Shown: positions 47,421-61,330 of the stretch, in pieces
Layout of the letters: each line of letters opens with the position of its first letter
Numbering within the stretch: the first letter of the stretch is position 1
Assembly: GCA_004022145.1 (NCBI GenBank)
Contig: RCNU01000014.1
Length of the DNA: 64,000 nt
DNA from: Paecilomyces variotii
Lineage: Eukaryota
Direction: 5' to 3' (one strand)
Notes under the pieces: generated by a model
Told to the model about the DNA's origin: nothing
Seen by the model: only the letters and a program-made list of their open reading frames with translations
The model's database searches: none
Made by a program: the position numbers and the translations under genes

Positions 47421-49079
47421 TAGGGAGACTACACCTATGGCACAGTCTAGAGGAGGCCATGAAGGGCAGTAGAAGTCGGCGGTTAGGGCCGCCACTACAG
47501 CGGGAGATGATCTCTTGCTCTCTCCATCGATGTTAGGGGAAGAGAGAAGTGATGATCTCGCGTACCTGTTGTTGTATCAACCTATGGTAATGGCAAGCAG
47601 GTACGAGTGTCACCCTGCGACAGTTGTATGCAGATGTGCCATGGCGATAGACAAGAATCGAAAGTAGAGCTATCAGATGGTAGCAATCAATTCGACGGAT
47701 AGCTGTTGCTGTCGCAGTCGTTACCCTTCGATGCCGCTAATCGTCACCCTGGCTAGGACACCAGTCCCTGCACTGGCAGCATGGGTGTTTTCTGACGGAT
47801 AGAAGTCTAAACGTCAGAGCAATAATAGAATCGGATCGAGTGCTATATACGAGTCAGTCAAAGTAGTCACTTAGACTATCCTTCGGTTCCATCGGGCTGT
47901 CAACTCCTTATCAGCGTCCAGAAGCTTTGACCATGTCGCCTCGTGAGGAGAACTCCATCCATCAATAGAGTATGGTCGATATAGGTAACCCCGTTAACTT
48001 ATCGGCAAATAGCGATTCGTTGCTCCCTCCTGCTGTCACCGTGCACCGCATCAGCCTCCTTCCGATCAGTTCACAAACGATACTGATTGGGCTTGCCGTC
48101 TGAAAGCTTCAGACCGTTTGGTACGGAGTAGACGCGGGTATCCTCTCGTTCGTCACCTTCTCCTGGCGACTCTGATCACTCACTGGTCTGTTCTGGGGTG
48201 TTCTGCATGATGATGGCACTGCGACTTGGACTTGTCAAGCCAGTCGAGGACATCCGTCTGGCTCCCTCGGTCTTCTCCGGAGCCGCGGTAGGTACTCCAT
48301 CCTGGGGTTCGACGATCCAGCCGCTGTAGTTGTCCGATGAGAGGCCCAGAGCGCCTGGAGAGGCAGTGATGATGATCAACTGTCAATTTTATCCTGACGT
48401 GACGGATAACCGCCCGGCTCGATGCAGGCCAGTAGGTGAGCACGCAGTGTGAGCAAGCAGTGTGATCTCTCACGCTGAGCTGGCGGGTGTCGCTGCCCGC
48501 ACTTCGGGTAGATGGCAATCGTCGTTGCTCGGGAAGCAGACTTCACCAGCTCCAAGCCTCAGCGCCTCTTGACTGGTTTGGTTCAGCATGGCGGCAATCT
48601 CGCGGAGCTGGAGGCGCTTGATCAACCATCCCACCATTCTGGCCGGCCCATTAAGCTGTTCCCTGTGTCACGCTATGGCGGTCTGTTATCTCTGACCCTG
48701 CCAGCGGGCAACCCCGAGTACTGAATACTTGTAGCGACCCGGTTCCTCGAGCAGTGTTGGGGAGGTTAGTTCTTCACGATGCCTCGCCAGTCAGTACCTG
48801 GTTTTATTTCTTTTCTTCAGGAGAACTGAATGCCACACTCTCCAGCGGTAGGTTCACTCAGAACCGTGGTGTGTGCACCCCGCTCGTTGAACCCTACATC
48901 AAGCGCGCCCGATAGAAACGTCAGATGTAGTCGAACCTGAGCGCATCTCAATCACTTCTGGAAACGAAAGACTGTCGGCACGGAACGAGCATCGCATATA
49001 CACGAGTCCACTGAGGAACTGAATACTGTTGAAATTCAGCTTTTCTGACCCCTCTCCGGAGGTGGCTCAGTAAGTAATC

Positions 49080-50863
49080 ATGGCATCCATTTCGACGCTG
49101 GTTGCTCGAGGACTTGGTTCCCAAGAGCCTCCCCCAATCGAGACGAAGGTGGACAGCAATCCGACTCTACTTATGAGCTGGTGGGCAACTGGCTTCTCAC
49201 TAGTTATCATTATTGTCCGGGTATGCGGTCGCTATGTCCGGACAGAACGCTTTTTCCGTGAAGACAAAGTCATGATGGCCAGTATCATACCGCTCTTGAT
49301 ACGGATGGCCTTTGTGCATGTGGTCTTGATCTGGGGAACCAACAATACGCAGACGGAGGGCCTGTCAGAAACCGATATTCGACATCGCGAGATAGGTAGT
49401 AGATTAGTCCTTCTAGCGAGGATATTTTATGCTATCTTGTAAGGATATACAGATCCGCCTGAGATATTTGACTCCATGCAGACCACTGACCAGGAGAGAT
49501 ATATAGCATCTGGACGGCAAAGTACACCGTCTGTGAATTCCTTTCCAGAGTGACAGGGATAGCCTGGAGAAGATCCATCCAATTGATACTCCGCTTTCTG
49601 TACTACTTCCTCGCTACCACATTGCTTGCCGTTATCATCGCGACGCTGGCGGAATGCCAACCGTTCGACCACTACTGGCAGGTGGTCCCTGATCCAGGTC
49701 CCAAGTGCCGGTCAGGCTATGCCAATCTGATCACTATGGGGACGTGCGACGTGATCACGGATGTTCTCCTTGTTACCTTTCCTATCCCGCTCGTCTTGAC
49801 GACCTCGATGCCTCTCAAACGCAAAATTGCTCTTGTTCTCCTCTTTGCCCTGTCGATGCTGTTGGTTGCCATCACATGTTACAGGGTCCCTACAGTCATC
49901 CACTACCACGGTTCGCAGCAGCATCGTTCCCTTATAGCCTCACTGGAGATACTCGCTGCCACGGCCGTATCAAACGCCGTTGTCATCGGCTCTTTCATCC
50001 GGGACCGTGGTATCAAAAAGCCCAAGTTCAAGCAGCCATACGGTTCGGTTTCTGCGAGTGATATGGACCGTAGCTCTGTGCGACGGCCGACCTTCACACA
50101 TCACCAATGGGGCAGCGACACTGACCTGGCCGGCGAGCTGGGTTTCCGTCTCCATACAGACATGCAGGACCCTGAATTCAAGTCGCTACGTCCTGCGCCG
50201 CTCCTTTCACCCAGGTCCCCTGCGCGCACCGGATCGATCGACCCGAACTGGTCATTTAGCCGCAACTCTACAGGGACGGAAGATGATCGAATCTCTGCGA
50301 CCGACAGTTTGGGAGGCCAGAATATCAGCCCGCATGAATATATCGAAACAAACAAGACCCCGCACGACTCTGCTGGTAAGATGTCACCTCGAAAGGTCTC
50401 CTTTTTTGATGTTGGTGGTCTGCTCGATGAGCCTGTCTCGCCCACCGCGCCGGCCGCGGCCTCCAGAGTTCTGCCGGATCGAGTCCCATCCGCCCCCGAC
50501 AACAAATACCGTCGCGGAAGCAGAGCTTTTCTTGAGGATGTAGGAGGGCTTCTCTCTACAGGCCCCGGGCTTCGCATCAAGAACATCTCCCGGACACGAT
50601 CGAGAACACGGTCTACCTCCCCCAATAGCAGTCGCCCTGGATTTCGACGCAGCTCTACTTCCCCCAATCCTATTCCTCCATATCGAGCAGAACAGGAGGT
50701 CAGCGGGCCTGCAATGCGAGGAAGCATCATGGAGCTGCAGGACGCCGGTGGCCTTCTCTCTCAGCATCGTAACGCGGGGCCTGAGATGCGCGAGTACGGG
50801 ATGGAACTCCAGGATCCTGGAGGCCTGCTCTCCCGCGATGCCCATGCTGAAGACGGTCGGTGA
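49080..50863 (+). CDS. PTH11-like / fungal rhodopsin-domain integral membrane protein, 2 exons
   Basis: About 7 hydrophobic segments; LAECQPFDHYWQ...KC; CDVITDVLLVTFPIP; LKRKIAL; long Ser/Arg-rich cytoplasmic tail. Confidence 0.88.
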
Positions 50864-52223
50864 TTGCGCAGCAACAGCTGAGATATGGAGTTTGTTTTTT
50901 CTGATACCCTGCCCCGATAATGTCTGGTTTATAAGGATTTATGTGGTTAGCGATGGCGTTGGGGGCTGGATACTGCCACGGCACTGGAGGATAATTGTTT
51001 AGGAATGTGGCTTCGGAAGCGCACGGTTGAGATCTGGGATCTCCCTACCTACCATCTACTGGGTTTCATCTATTTTCATTTATTGTCTATTCTGTCTTTC
51101 TTCTGTACATGATCCACTCTTTTGACTGCTGGACAACATGGTTCTTTTCGTTGTGTAATGTACAGTACTATGTATGGGACGGCCAGACTTTGGACTCAGA
51201 AGGATTTTCTACTTCCTCCATATATGCTAAATATATTGCTGTTAATATAATACTCGGGCTGTGCGGCTTAGTTTCTTGGAGATAAGATACCGGGTGGTTC
51301 TTGCGCTCAGATCAGCAGCTGTCATAACCTCCACTTGGTCAAGGCTGTCGAGTTCTCTCCAGTGTGGAGCTCCTCCGTCATTAGACACCGCTATGATCTA
51401 TCCAGTCGAGATCTGCAAACGCCTGGACCACTGTCCCTGACTGCTGAGCACGATATGCGGATGAGAGGGGTCTGCAGAACACTGCGTGGCGTGGTGATGT
51501 GACTCTAAGTAGAGCCTCCAGAGCGTGCTGCAGATAAGATCCAGACCTGATAGTCACATGTGGCTTTCCAAATGAATAACATCTAGAAGTCTCCATCGCC
51601 TTGCAAGCCAAGCAGGGTTTGGCGGGGACGGAAATCAAGCTTCGTCCAGCCTCCCGATTTAGAATCTCAGATGCGCTATCGACAAGCGACTCGAGTAGGG
51701 ATGATGGCAATCCAGTGGGAATAGAAATCATAGAAAATACAATATAACGAAACGAAACAAAACAGATGAGATAGTAGACTCGAAATTGCCGCACTGCTCA
51801 CAACAAGCTCTCGACTGTTGGCGCTGGACTGTGTCGTGGACGGAATCCAATCCTGTTAATAATAACTCTTCCTTGTCCCGCTCTCCCAGCCACGCGGCTT
51901 ATGCTGCTTCGTCTCTTGTTCTCCCCATCTTCTCGTCTCCCCCATTCTGCTTTTCCTTTCTTTTCTCTCCTTCTACTCGAGAATGCCATCGTCCTGCGCA
52001 ATCGCTGCGGCAGTTCTTGTCCTCAACACCAGTCGCCAATGTCGTTCGTTTTATAGTGGAGTTGCCCGATAAGGTACTGTACTGTACGACCTCAGGTTCC
52101 GTGGACCAAAAACGCAACTGTGAAATAATACAAACGTCCATTTGTACAGTCGCGGGAGCCCGCATTCCATCGTCCACATTCCTCGGACGCTCGACCCGTG
52201 GCTCGAGATCGCTGTCGTGCCCG

Positions 52224-52838
52224 ATGGCACCAATACCCCTCTCTCGACCGTTGATATCCACTCTTATCAGGCCTCGCGCCGATATCGATATCGATAATTA
52301 TACACACGGCTATGCGCTGCACGACCGATCGACAACGGCGCACTCATCCGCAATTCTCAATCCCGGATCCTCCCTCGTCTCCCGTCAAACGCAAGTCGTT
52401 TCCATCCCCGCGACATACGGCGGACTAGATGCCGGCCCGTCCCCCGGCGTCGTTGCGGGTATCATCCTTGGTTCCGTCGGCGGGTTCTTCCTCCTTCTCT
52501 ATTTGATCTACACGGCTGTCGCATGGAACAATAACCGCCTCAGCGTAGTAGAAGAAGATATAGTCGTGCGAAGATCACCGTCCCATCGCCGTAGGTCGCG
52601 AGAGGTGGTCGAAGTAGTCCGGTCGCGGTCACCGCCGCGATCTCGCCATCATGATCGAATCGTGGTTGAGGAATCGGTCACGACCCAGACGGAGGACGAT
52701 GTTGTGGAAGTGATTGAGGAAGCCTCTTCGGTCGAACCACCACCGCGGAGGTCACGCAGATCGGGAGGTTCGTACAGAACTGTTGATCCGTATGAGTATG
52801 GCGGCGGTGATGCTCCACCGAGACGGATGCGCAGATGA
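52224..52838 (+). CDS. Conserved-type hypothetical single-pass membrane protein
   Basis: IPATYGGLDAGPSPGVVAGIILGSVGGFFLLLYLIYTAV TM segment followed by an R/S/V/E-rich tail and YRTVDP. Confidence 0.75.
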   Translation: MAPIPLSRPLISTLIRPRADIDIDNYTHGYALHDRSTTAHSSAILNPGSSLVSRQTQVVSIPATYGGLDAGPSPGVVAGIILGSVGGFFLLLYLIYTAVAWNNNRLSVVEEDIVVRRSPSHRRRSREVVEVVRSRSPPRSRHHDRIVVEESVTTQTEDDVVEVIEEASSVEPPPRRSRRSGGSYRTVDPYEYGGGDAPPRRMRR

Positions 52839-54441
52839 TGGTCGTGATGGGACATACTTTTTCTGCAATTGTTCGATATACTAGCAGAAGACTGTATATC
52901 TGGATTTCGCTCCATTTTAGTCAGATCAGTCGGATTATTCGAGTGTGGGAATCTGCAAGTCTTCTAGCACTGAACAGGTGAATTTCCCTGGGGTCTATTC
53001 GAGGGTGCCTTGATCTCGATATGGTTATGGATACCAAAACTATTCCCGCGGAGATGATACGATCACACCTATGAATCCTACTGGAACAGCGAAGTGCATT
53101 CGGCACGGATGATCTGAGAAGGCACCGTTTATTGATCTACTCGTTCTTCACTCCGTCAATCCCGCATCTTCACTCGAAACTCGACCCTGCTTGGTCACCA
53201 TTGCCAGCGTGGAACCATTCCATCTGCTGATCTCTGCGAAGAGATCATATCTCTTCATCACCTATTCATCTCATCATCGTCATCATCATCGAGTTGTGAT
53301 ATCCGGTGGAATTTCTGATTTTTTTTTTTTTAATTCTTTTCTCTTACGCGATAATACCCCCTTAATGTTGCTGCTTTTCCATCTTATAGAAACGGAAAGA
53401 TGGAAGAAATACTCGATGGGAGAATGGCTCAGAAATACAGAATGGCCAGTTACTTATCTATCGTCCTACCTAGGACACCCAACCCCTCCTTCCCGTGGAA
53501 GAGATTGAATTTCTCCAGAACGAGGAGATAATGAAGAATACGAATTGTATCCAAGGAGGACATACAGCGTCATTCCCCTCAGCCAGAATTGGACTTACTT
53601 CATGAAAGATTCAACGTCTGAAGGAATAGTTTATTTTATGTGAGAAAGGGGTCTCAGAGCGGGGATATATAAGGACCCTATTTCCTTCTGATTCTTCTTT
53701 CTTGATTGATTGGACATATTCTCACTCATCTTATTTATGTATCTATGAATCCTGACGTGTGTATGTATGTATGTATCATTCGATCTATGATATATCAAGT
53801 ATGGAGATATGAAATTACTACAGTACTTCATCGCATTTGACGATAATGCATAGGATTACTGTATATAGATCGGTATGCATGTGTGTAGTTATTGCTCTTT
53901 TCTCTTCTTTATTTCTTTTTATTTATATGCTATGTACATTCTATCTACGTAGGGATATAATAAATCTTGAATATCAAGTTTCTTTATAACTAGATAGACA
54001 AAGTAAAGAGAAAATTTTAATTTGGTCTCAGGCCGGCGCCGATATTCTAAGTGTGACTGGGCACGTGAGATGGTACAGAGAGAATTAAAAAAAAAAAAAG
54101 CAGAGACAACAGCGGTAGGCAATAGAAATGGGGGGGAGTTAAAAAGTTCTGCATTATCCTGGAATGCCATAACTGGGTAAGAGTGTTTCTGTCACGGGGT
54201 AAGATTCTTTAATCGACTTGAAGATATTTATTCTGATCTGTATTAATATATGCATGTACCGATGTGATGTTTCCTGCATCTTCTCGTGTAGAGATGAGGA
54301 AGATAAACCCCCGTCAAAGTCTCAGGGTATGTATACACTCGACTAACTCCGTCCCAAACTCCCGGAATGATAGTGGCAAAAAAAAGAAAGAAAGAAAAAA
54401 AAAAAAAAAAAGAAACAAGAGAGAGACAAAGATTGAATCAA

Positions 54442-54777
54442 TCAGAATAGCAAATCCATACAGCAGCAGCAGGCCAACGCAGCCATGATACCTGCGCACA
54501 GGCCTTCTGCGCCGCTACCACCCCGATCCTGAGCATAGTATCCCTGTGGAGGCGGACCCTGTTGGTAGTACATCCCGCCTGGGGGTGGGGGGCCGTAGCC
54601 TTGCTGCGGCGGCGGATAGTATCCCTGGGGCGGAGGAGAGCCGTACTGGCCGGGAGGAGGACCGTAGGCAGCAGGATGGCTGTTGTAGTAGTCTGCGCCA
54701 GCGCCGGGAGGAGGGGACTGAGGGTAGCCAGCAGGCGGTCCCTGAGGCGGATAGTAGGGACCGGCGTCCTGATGCAC
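54442..54777 (-). CDS. CYSTM-domain (Pro/Gly/Tyr/Gln-rich, cysteine-rich tail-anchored) protein; 5' exon(s) may lie upstream
   Basis: YPPQGPP/YGPPP repeats ending in GLCAGIMAALACCCCMDLLF*. Confidence 0.88.
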   Translation of the reverse strand: MHQDAGPYYPPQGPPAGYPQSPPPGAGADYYNSHPAAYGPPPGQYGSPPPQGYYPPPQQGYGPPPPGGMYYQQGPPPQGYYAQDRGGSGAEGLCAGIMAALACCCCMDLLF

Positions 54778-56161
54778 TGGCGGAGGGTATGCGGGTGGAT
54801 CACCTTGCTATATGTAGATCTGACGGTTAGCTATCTTGCATCTAGATATCTCACGTACGAAGGGATGGTAGGGACGAGGTATATTTGTCTGTGAGGAGGG
54901 AGAATCTTTGGAGGGACGACATACAGGCTTTGCAGACATCCTGGAGAGAGTCTAGATGACTTGTTGAGTCTTGAATGCGCTGTTTAACTAGCGGATGATA
55001 TAACTCGATGACTCGAGATCGGGAAGTCGCAAGAGTGGCTCCTTTGGTAGTTGAAAGGAGAGCAAACAACACCGAAAAGAACAGATGGCGAGATAGTCAA
55101 GGACTGCCTAGAAATCTGTGGCTTCAAACTTCAAAGGAACAAGTTAGTCAAAGTTGCGAGCCAAGCGTAACGGCGCGGAAATAAGCTAGAGGCTTGGAAG
55201 TGCGCGAGAAACACTAGAGCTTCTGTTGCAGGCGGGTGACGTGGAAATGGGAGAGCACGACATACCTGATAGCGCGAAAAGTCCACGGCCGAGATGATCA
55301 GTAAAGAAGTGAGAGATAAGATGGAGAGGAAAGAAAGATTGTCAGACGGAGGCGACGGACGAGGACTTGTCGGACTTCAGTCTCAGGATGAGCCACACCG
55401 GAGATAGAAATCTGCACCGCCACCTCCACGGGCCGCGGCTCAGTCACTCGGCGTCCGTTGCGAATCTCGGCCGTCGGATTGAAAGAACAGGAGAGACTGA
55501 GAACGAGACGGCGACACAATACATATTATTGTTGCTGACATTTCCACGGTTCAAAGAGACCCTAGTCGATTCTTCCGTCCTTCATGCCGTTTCTAATTGC
55601 TGATTCTGACCATGGACACGAATCACATGCGTGTCTACATCTCAGGTCCCCGTTGAACGACCGCATCAACCATCCCATCCTAACCACGACAGGCAGATCG
55701 GAATTCATGACTCCAGCCATCTATCCACGATCGCAATGAGAAAATAACACCAGACGATGCCCAGTTCTTTCTGCCAAGGTCACCTGTCCATGCCTGTCTC
55801 ACGTTCCCTTCTGCTCTAGAAAACGGCCCGATCGGTAGCTTGCGTCTAAAGATGTCGCGGGGCGCAACACAGCCTCACTTAGACGTCAGCGCATGCGATG
55901 GACTTGCAGACAACGTTCTTCCTTGCTTCTTGATACCACGACATCGAGAGTATCCGGGGCCATCCGTTCGAATCGAAGTGATGCTTGTCTGAGGGAGACT
56001 TGAGGTTGGTCTCTGCGTCGTCGTCATCAACGTTCGTTCCTTACCCGCGACCCAACAACAGGCCCCTCCAAGCAGATATACGCTTTGTTCCAATTCTCCC
56101 CCAGCAATTGAGGCGCGGAGCAAATCATTGGAGGTTTGCCTGGTCTGTAGACCAACATACT

Positions 56162-57019
56162 ATGACCCAGCTGTTCCCACCTCGGCATGTTTATTTCCCT
56201 TCCAGCTCGTTGCACGACTCCACCGTGATTCTGCTCCACGGTCGAGGCAGTAATGGACCGGAGTTTGCGTCCGAGTTGGCGGAATCTCTAACCTCGTCGG
56301 AAAAGACTCTATTCGAGCATTTCCCTTCCTGTCGCTGGGTCTTTCCCTCTGCGAGATCACGCTGGTCTGAAGAGTTCGAGGAGGATCTGAGCGAATGGTT
56401 CGATGTACCCTCACTCGAGGATCCGGATCGGGAGCCGGAACGGCAGTTGGCAGGACTCAAGGAGAGTGTCGAGTACGTGCTGCGGATCGTGGACGAGGAG
56501 ATCATACGGCTCAATGGGGATAGCACCCGAGTGATCCTCGGTGGTGTCAGCCAGGGCATGGCTGTCGGCCTCGTTGCGATGCTATGCGCTGAACGGAATC
56601 TTGGGGGGTTTGTGGGTGCCATGGGATGGATTCCCCTACGGGACAAGGTTCTTGCGCTGCTGGATCGTGGGGAGAAGGAGCAGGCATTAGAATTCTACAG
56701 GTGGGCGCTTGGCTTATCTGCAGCGCAATCACAAATGACGACCATGCCAGCTCCCGAAAATACCGCTTCGACGCAGACACCGCCAGAAGGAACAGCCAAA
56801 GGGTCATCCCTCGAGACGCCGGTCTTTTTGAGCCACGGTGAAGATGACCAATGGGTCGATGTGAGTCTGGGAAGAGCTGCTCATGACCTTCTTGTGGTAC
56901 TCGGCTCGCAAGTCTCCTGGAAGACCTACACGGATGCAGAGGGCGACGGTCACTGGCTGAAGGAACCTGAACAGGTCGACGATATCGTCGCCTTTATAGC
57001 CAAAAGGTTCTCTTCATGA
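56162..57019 (+). CDS. Phospholipase/carboxylesterase (acyl-protein thioesterase-like alpha/beta hydrolase)
   Basis: TVILLHGRGSNG; RWVFPSA; EWFD; GGVSQG nucleophile elbow; PVFLSHGEDDQWV; GHW. Confidence 0.9.
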   Translation: MTQLFPPRHVYFPSSSLHDSTVILLHGRGSNGPEFASELAESLTSSEKTLFEHFPSCRWVFPSARSRWSEEFEEDLSEWFDVPSLEDPDREPERQLAGLKESVEYVLRIVDEEIIRLNGDSTRVILGGVSQGMAVGLVAMLCAERNLGGFVGAMGWIPLRDKVLALLDRGEKEQALEFYRWALGLSAAQSQMTTMPAPENTASTQTPPEGTAKGSSLETPVFLSHGEDDQWVDVSLGRAAHDLLVVLGSQVSWKTYTDAEGDGHWLKEPEQVDDIVAFIAKRFSS

Positions 57020-57628
57020 CTCATGTCATCTACCGACGGGCACGCCATTCACACCAATACTGATTACAGAACATCAAGTACGTGGGCAGTTTAACATAAA
57101 CAGGAAGCTCGTTTTATTTGCATCCTTTCCTTTCCCTTCCGGACTTTTATTTTAAGAGCGGGGCATGCACCGTTTTTCCACAGTGCGCCTGCTGTCTCTC
57201 ATCATCTCATACCAAATGGAAAAAAACAGCATGAAGCCGGCTGGAAATACATATCCGAAAAGAGGAAGAAAAAGAAAAGAAATCAAAGGGTCGAGGTGAC
57301 AGGAAGAGAGGTTGATATAAACAAGAAAGATAGCAACGGGGAGGAGCAGTGGAAAGTCATGTATATGGCAGACAGTGGGAATGAAGCCAGGACCCCAGAG
57401 CAGATATGCATCTTCATAGCTATGTAAAAGGCGCAACAGCAACAGAAAGGGAGCATGATCTGCATGTGCAGTGCGAAAAAAAGGATGAATATAAGAGAAA
57501 GAAACGTTGAAAGAAAAATGCTGAGATCGAGAGGACCTCATTCCATGCAGACGCTGATGCAAGCAAGCGATCAAGAGCACACGTGCGTATATAAGGTCTA
57601 GAGTGCGGTCGTATCAACGCGACCAGGT

Positions 57629-59361
57629 CTATGCCTTCTCTTCGAGAGAAGTCTCCTTCAGCTCCTCGGACACGTCGGCAACTGCATCCTTCTCCTGCTT
57701 CAGTTCGGCGTCCGCAGAGGCCTTGCCATTGACACCTGCGTTCGCCTGAGCAGGCTTCTTGGCCTTATCAGTGGAGCGGTCGTCGGCAGAGGCAAACTCC
57801 TGCTCCAGACGCTCGATCTCCTCCTGGGCCTTCTTGATGTTCTGTCCCAATGTTAGAATTGTTCCACCACGAGGAGGGGCTTCTCGCGTATCAACTTACC
57901 TCCTGAGTCTTGGCGTCCTGGTTCTTCTTCCACTCAACAATCTTAGCGGCCAGCTTCTCAACGACAGTGGGCACGTCGGTCTGGTTCATCGGAGGGTCGA
58001 CCTTGATCTTGGCAAAGTCCTCGATGAGACCGATGTTCAGGTTGAACTTGTCAGAGGGAGCGGTAGCGCCGTTGGCGCCGCCCTTCTTGCCCTTCTTACC
58101 CTTCTTGCCACCTGTGCCAACGAAGTAGTCGTCCTCCTCCTTCTTGAGGACCTTCATACCCTTCAGACCGGAGTCGTCAACGGTACGGCCGACCTCGGCG
58201 CGGTAGTTCGCGCCCTGGTCCTTCTTGTCGCTGAGACCAATGGAAGCAAAGTCATAAGCCGGGTCGAAGTAACGGATGAGACCCTCTGCGGTGAGGATCT
58301 CGTCGGTGTAGGCGGGGCGAGAAGCCTCTTCCAGCTTCTTGTCCGCGATCTTCTTCTTCTTCTCCCGTTCGAAGGCATCGCGCTCGGCCTTCTGGCGCTC
58401 ACGACGGATCCTCCAGGCCTCATCCTCATACTCCTTGTAGGCCTTGCGGGCCTTGTAGTAGTTGTCCTTGTGCTCACGGATAGCAGTGTACTTCTGCTGC
58501 TGCTCCGCGTGGATCTTGGTGCGCTCGTCCCGCAAAGCGTTGAGGTTCTTGAACGCGCTGTCCTGCTCCGCCTTGATAGAGTCCAGCTCCTTCTGGATCT
58601 CCGTGTACTTGTCGCTGAGCGCCTTGGCCTCGGGGTTGTCCAGGCTCTTCTTGAGCTCTGAGATCTGAGCCTTCAGGTCATTGATCTGCTTCTGAGCATC
58701 GTCCAGGCCGGCAAAGTTCTTGCGCTGCTTTCGCAGGGTCGAGATGTCGGCCAGGGTCTTCCTCTCATCCACCAGACGCAGCGTACCCGAATCGACCTGC
58801 TTCTCGAGACGGGCGATCTCCCGGTCGATCTCCTCCACGTTCTTGAACGACAGCTTGCTCCGGGAGCTGTTCTGCTCCGCGATGCGGGACTTCAGGGTGG
58901 CATCAAGAGCGTTGATCTTCTCCTGGGTGCTTGTCCGGGAGGCCTTGAATCCCTGCTGCTTCTGGCGGATAGAAGCAAGCTCCGCGCGGAGTTCCTTCTG
59001 TCTCTTCGCGGCAGGAGAGTCCTGGTTGTTGGGCTTGGCGCTCTCGATCTTGGCCTTGATTTGGGTCTGGAATGTGTCAGTAGATGCTCTGTAGAAAGTT
59101 GCAGGAAAAGAAAAGAAGAAGAAGAAAATAACAAATATGTGTAATCCACATAAAAGGTATTATTCGCAAATCCAGCACAATGACTCTGAACCCCAAATAT
59201 AATCAATCCATTGTAGATGCAGTGCTACTTACCAGCTTCTCCTGAACGGCAGCATGCTCCTTCTCCAGCTTGGCGAGCTCGGTCTTGTACGCCTGCTCAT
59301 CAGGCTTGGCCGGCTTGACCTTGTGCTCAGTGGCCGGTTGGGATGCGGCAGCAGCAGCCAT
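57629..59361 (-). CDS. bfr1: Nuclear segregation / ER mRNP protein Bfr1, 3 exons
   Basis: KVKPAKPDEQAYK...; LSFKNVEEIDREIARLEKQVDSGTLRLVDERK; DDYFVGTGGKKGKKGKK; coiled-coil; strong codon bias. Confidence 0.9.
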
Positions 59362-59803
59362 TGTTGACGAGCGTGCGATGTGGGAGAGATCGAGGGAATT
59401 GAGCGACTCGACGAGCGCAGGAAGGGAACGACAGGCAGCCGGTCGATCGCCGACAGCAGACGTTCAAGGGAGGTGAGAGAGAGGAAGAAAAGGAGGAGGA
59501 AAAGAAAGGCCGATTGCTCACGAAAGCGTGAATTTGTTCTTTTTTCGCTCTGGCCTTTGGGGATGCTTTTCCGGGCCAAGCCTGAAAGAGGCGCTTACCG
59601 CAGCCGCTGCTAGCGCCGGACCCCGTCGATTTTTCGAGATTCTTCCCATCCGGACCTTTGAACGAGCGCAACGAACTGCGAATATCTGCCGTTGTCATCT
59701 TGGGAGCTGAGCGCGACGGTCTCAGTGTCCTCTGATCAGCCTCTTCCAGCTTTTACTTCCTCGTTATCTTTTCTAGCGGCTCGTGCGCCTTTTATTCGCC
59801 ACG

Positions 59804-60649
59804 ATGGATGAAGACTACTCCTCAGGCTCTGCGGACGCAGAGCGCGAAATGACTAGACTCTGGCGTACCTGGAGAACGGTCTTTGAGATGCTTGCTGATC
59901 GGGTATGAAAGCGCATTGTTCTGGAGGGTCTGTTTGCTCAGAATCATTGCTGACGTGCCGCGGCAGGGTTACGAAGTCACAGAGGAAGAAGTGCAGATTC
60001 CGCTGGATCAGTTCAGAGCTAAATATTCAGATCCCCTTGGATACCCTGAGTATGCTTCCCTTCTCCGTGTTTGGTACAGGTCTATTTTATCAGACATTTA
60101 TCTGACTTGCCCCCTCTCTGCAGCCGAGCCAAGATGAAAATCAGCGCCCGTCCCACCGAAGCAATGATCGCCAAATACACACCTCTTCCCACAAAGAACA
60201 ATCCGAATCCTCAGGGTGAATGCGGTACAATCTACGTCGAGTTCTGCCCCGATGCCAGCGGTGTTGGTACCAAGCAGATCCGTGCTTTCAACCACTTCGT
60301 TGACGAGCAGAACTTCCACACCGGCATTTTCATTTCGCAAACGCCCATCTCTCCCTCTGCTGTCCGTCTGCTGAGCAGCATGCCCGGCCGTTTCTGTGAG
60401 CACTTCCAGGAGCAGGATCTGCTGGTCAACATTACCCGACACGAGCTGGTACCGAAGCACGTTCTGTTGAGTGCGGAGGAGAAGGCTAGACTACTCGAGC
60501 GCTACAGGTTGAAGGAGAGCCAGCTGCCTCGAATCCAGGTCTCCGACCCTGTCGCTCGCTACTTGGGTCTGAGGAGAGGTCAGGTGGTGAAGATTATTCG
60601 GAAGAGTGAGACGGCTGGTCGTTACGCCAGTTACCGGTGGGTCATCTAA
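59804..60649 (+). CDS. rpb5: RNA polymerases I/II/III shared subunit RPABC1, 3 exons
   Basis: [20 protein letters not shown]...; [58 protein letters not shown]. Confidence 0.97.
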
Positions 60650-61330
60650 GGGGCTGCGGGAATCCAAGGGATTATGCATACACGATGCGGGCTCAGTATT
60701 CACAGAAATGAGGAGCTCGTACCGATATTTCAGCGCTCCGGACCTGTTCTGTCCACATCAGTGGGCTGTGTACTTTAGGTACGAGTGAACTATTCTGCCA
60801 CGGCTCCGTATGGACTCTCAGTCCCGGAAACGGCCCCCGGATCCGCTCCCACTTGATTCTCAGGAAAGAGAAGGAGATTGAGTGAAAGAGAAAAGAAAAA
60901 GAAAAAGTTTACACCTGTATTGGCAGCATGGCGTACCGGCGAATATCGAGAGAGAACCGTTTGGCTGGGTGGTATTTGCTTGATTTGAGTGTTACTAACA
61001 TCATCACAATTTCATGTACGTTATTACGGGAAATTGGTTCCATCATCATTGCTGCTGTTCTCATGCCATTTTCATGCCTATCTCGTTAGATGAGGAAGGG
61101 TTATACGTGATATGAGAAAGAGGCAAGAAATCTAAAAACGAAAACAAATAGATCAACAAGATACCAGCATTTCTCATTGAGATTATGTATTTCCTTGATT
61201 GATATAGTCATCCCTCCCACGTATTTACGAATGGAACCAAGTTCCACCAGATCCTGCGTGAGGAACAGAAAAGAGAGCTGCAGACCTATCCCTAACTATC
61301 TACTATCTTCCCTATTTCCTCACTGCTGGA

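Noticed and set aside
51786-52223. Long N-terminal extension of the 350-aa ORF
   Set aside because: Starts at a non-ATG codon and runs through pyrimidine-rich promoter/UTR-like sequence. The likely start is ATG 52224.
57759-58661. 300-aa + strand ORF, and similar antisense ORFs over the ASST-like gene, spt3, his5 and bir1
   Set aside because: Shadow ORFs opposite codon-biased real genes, with no recognisable motifs.
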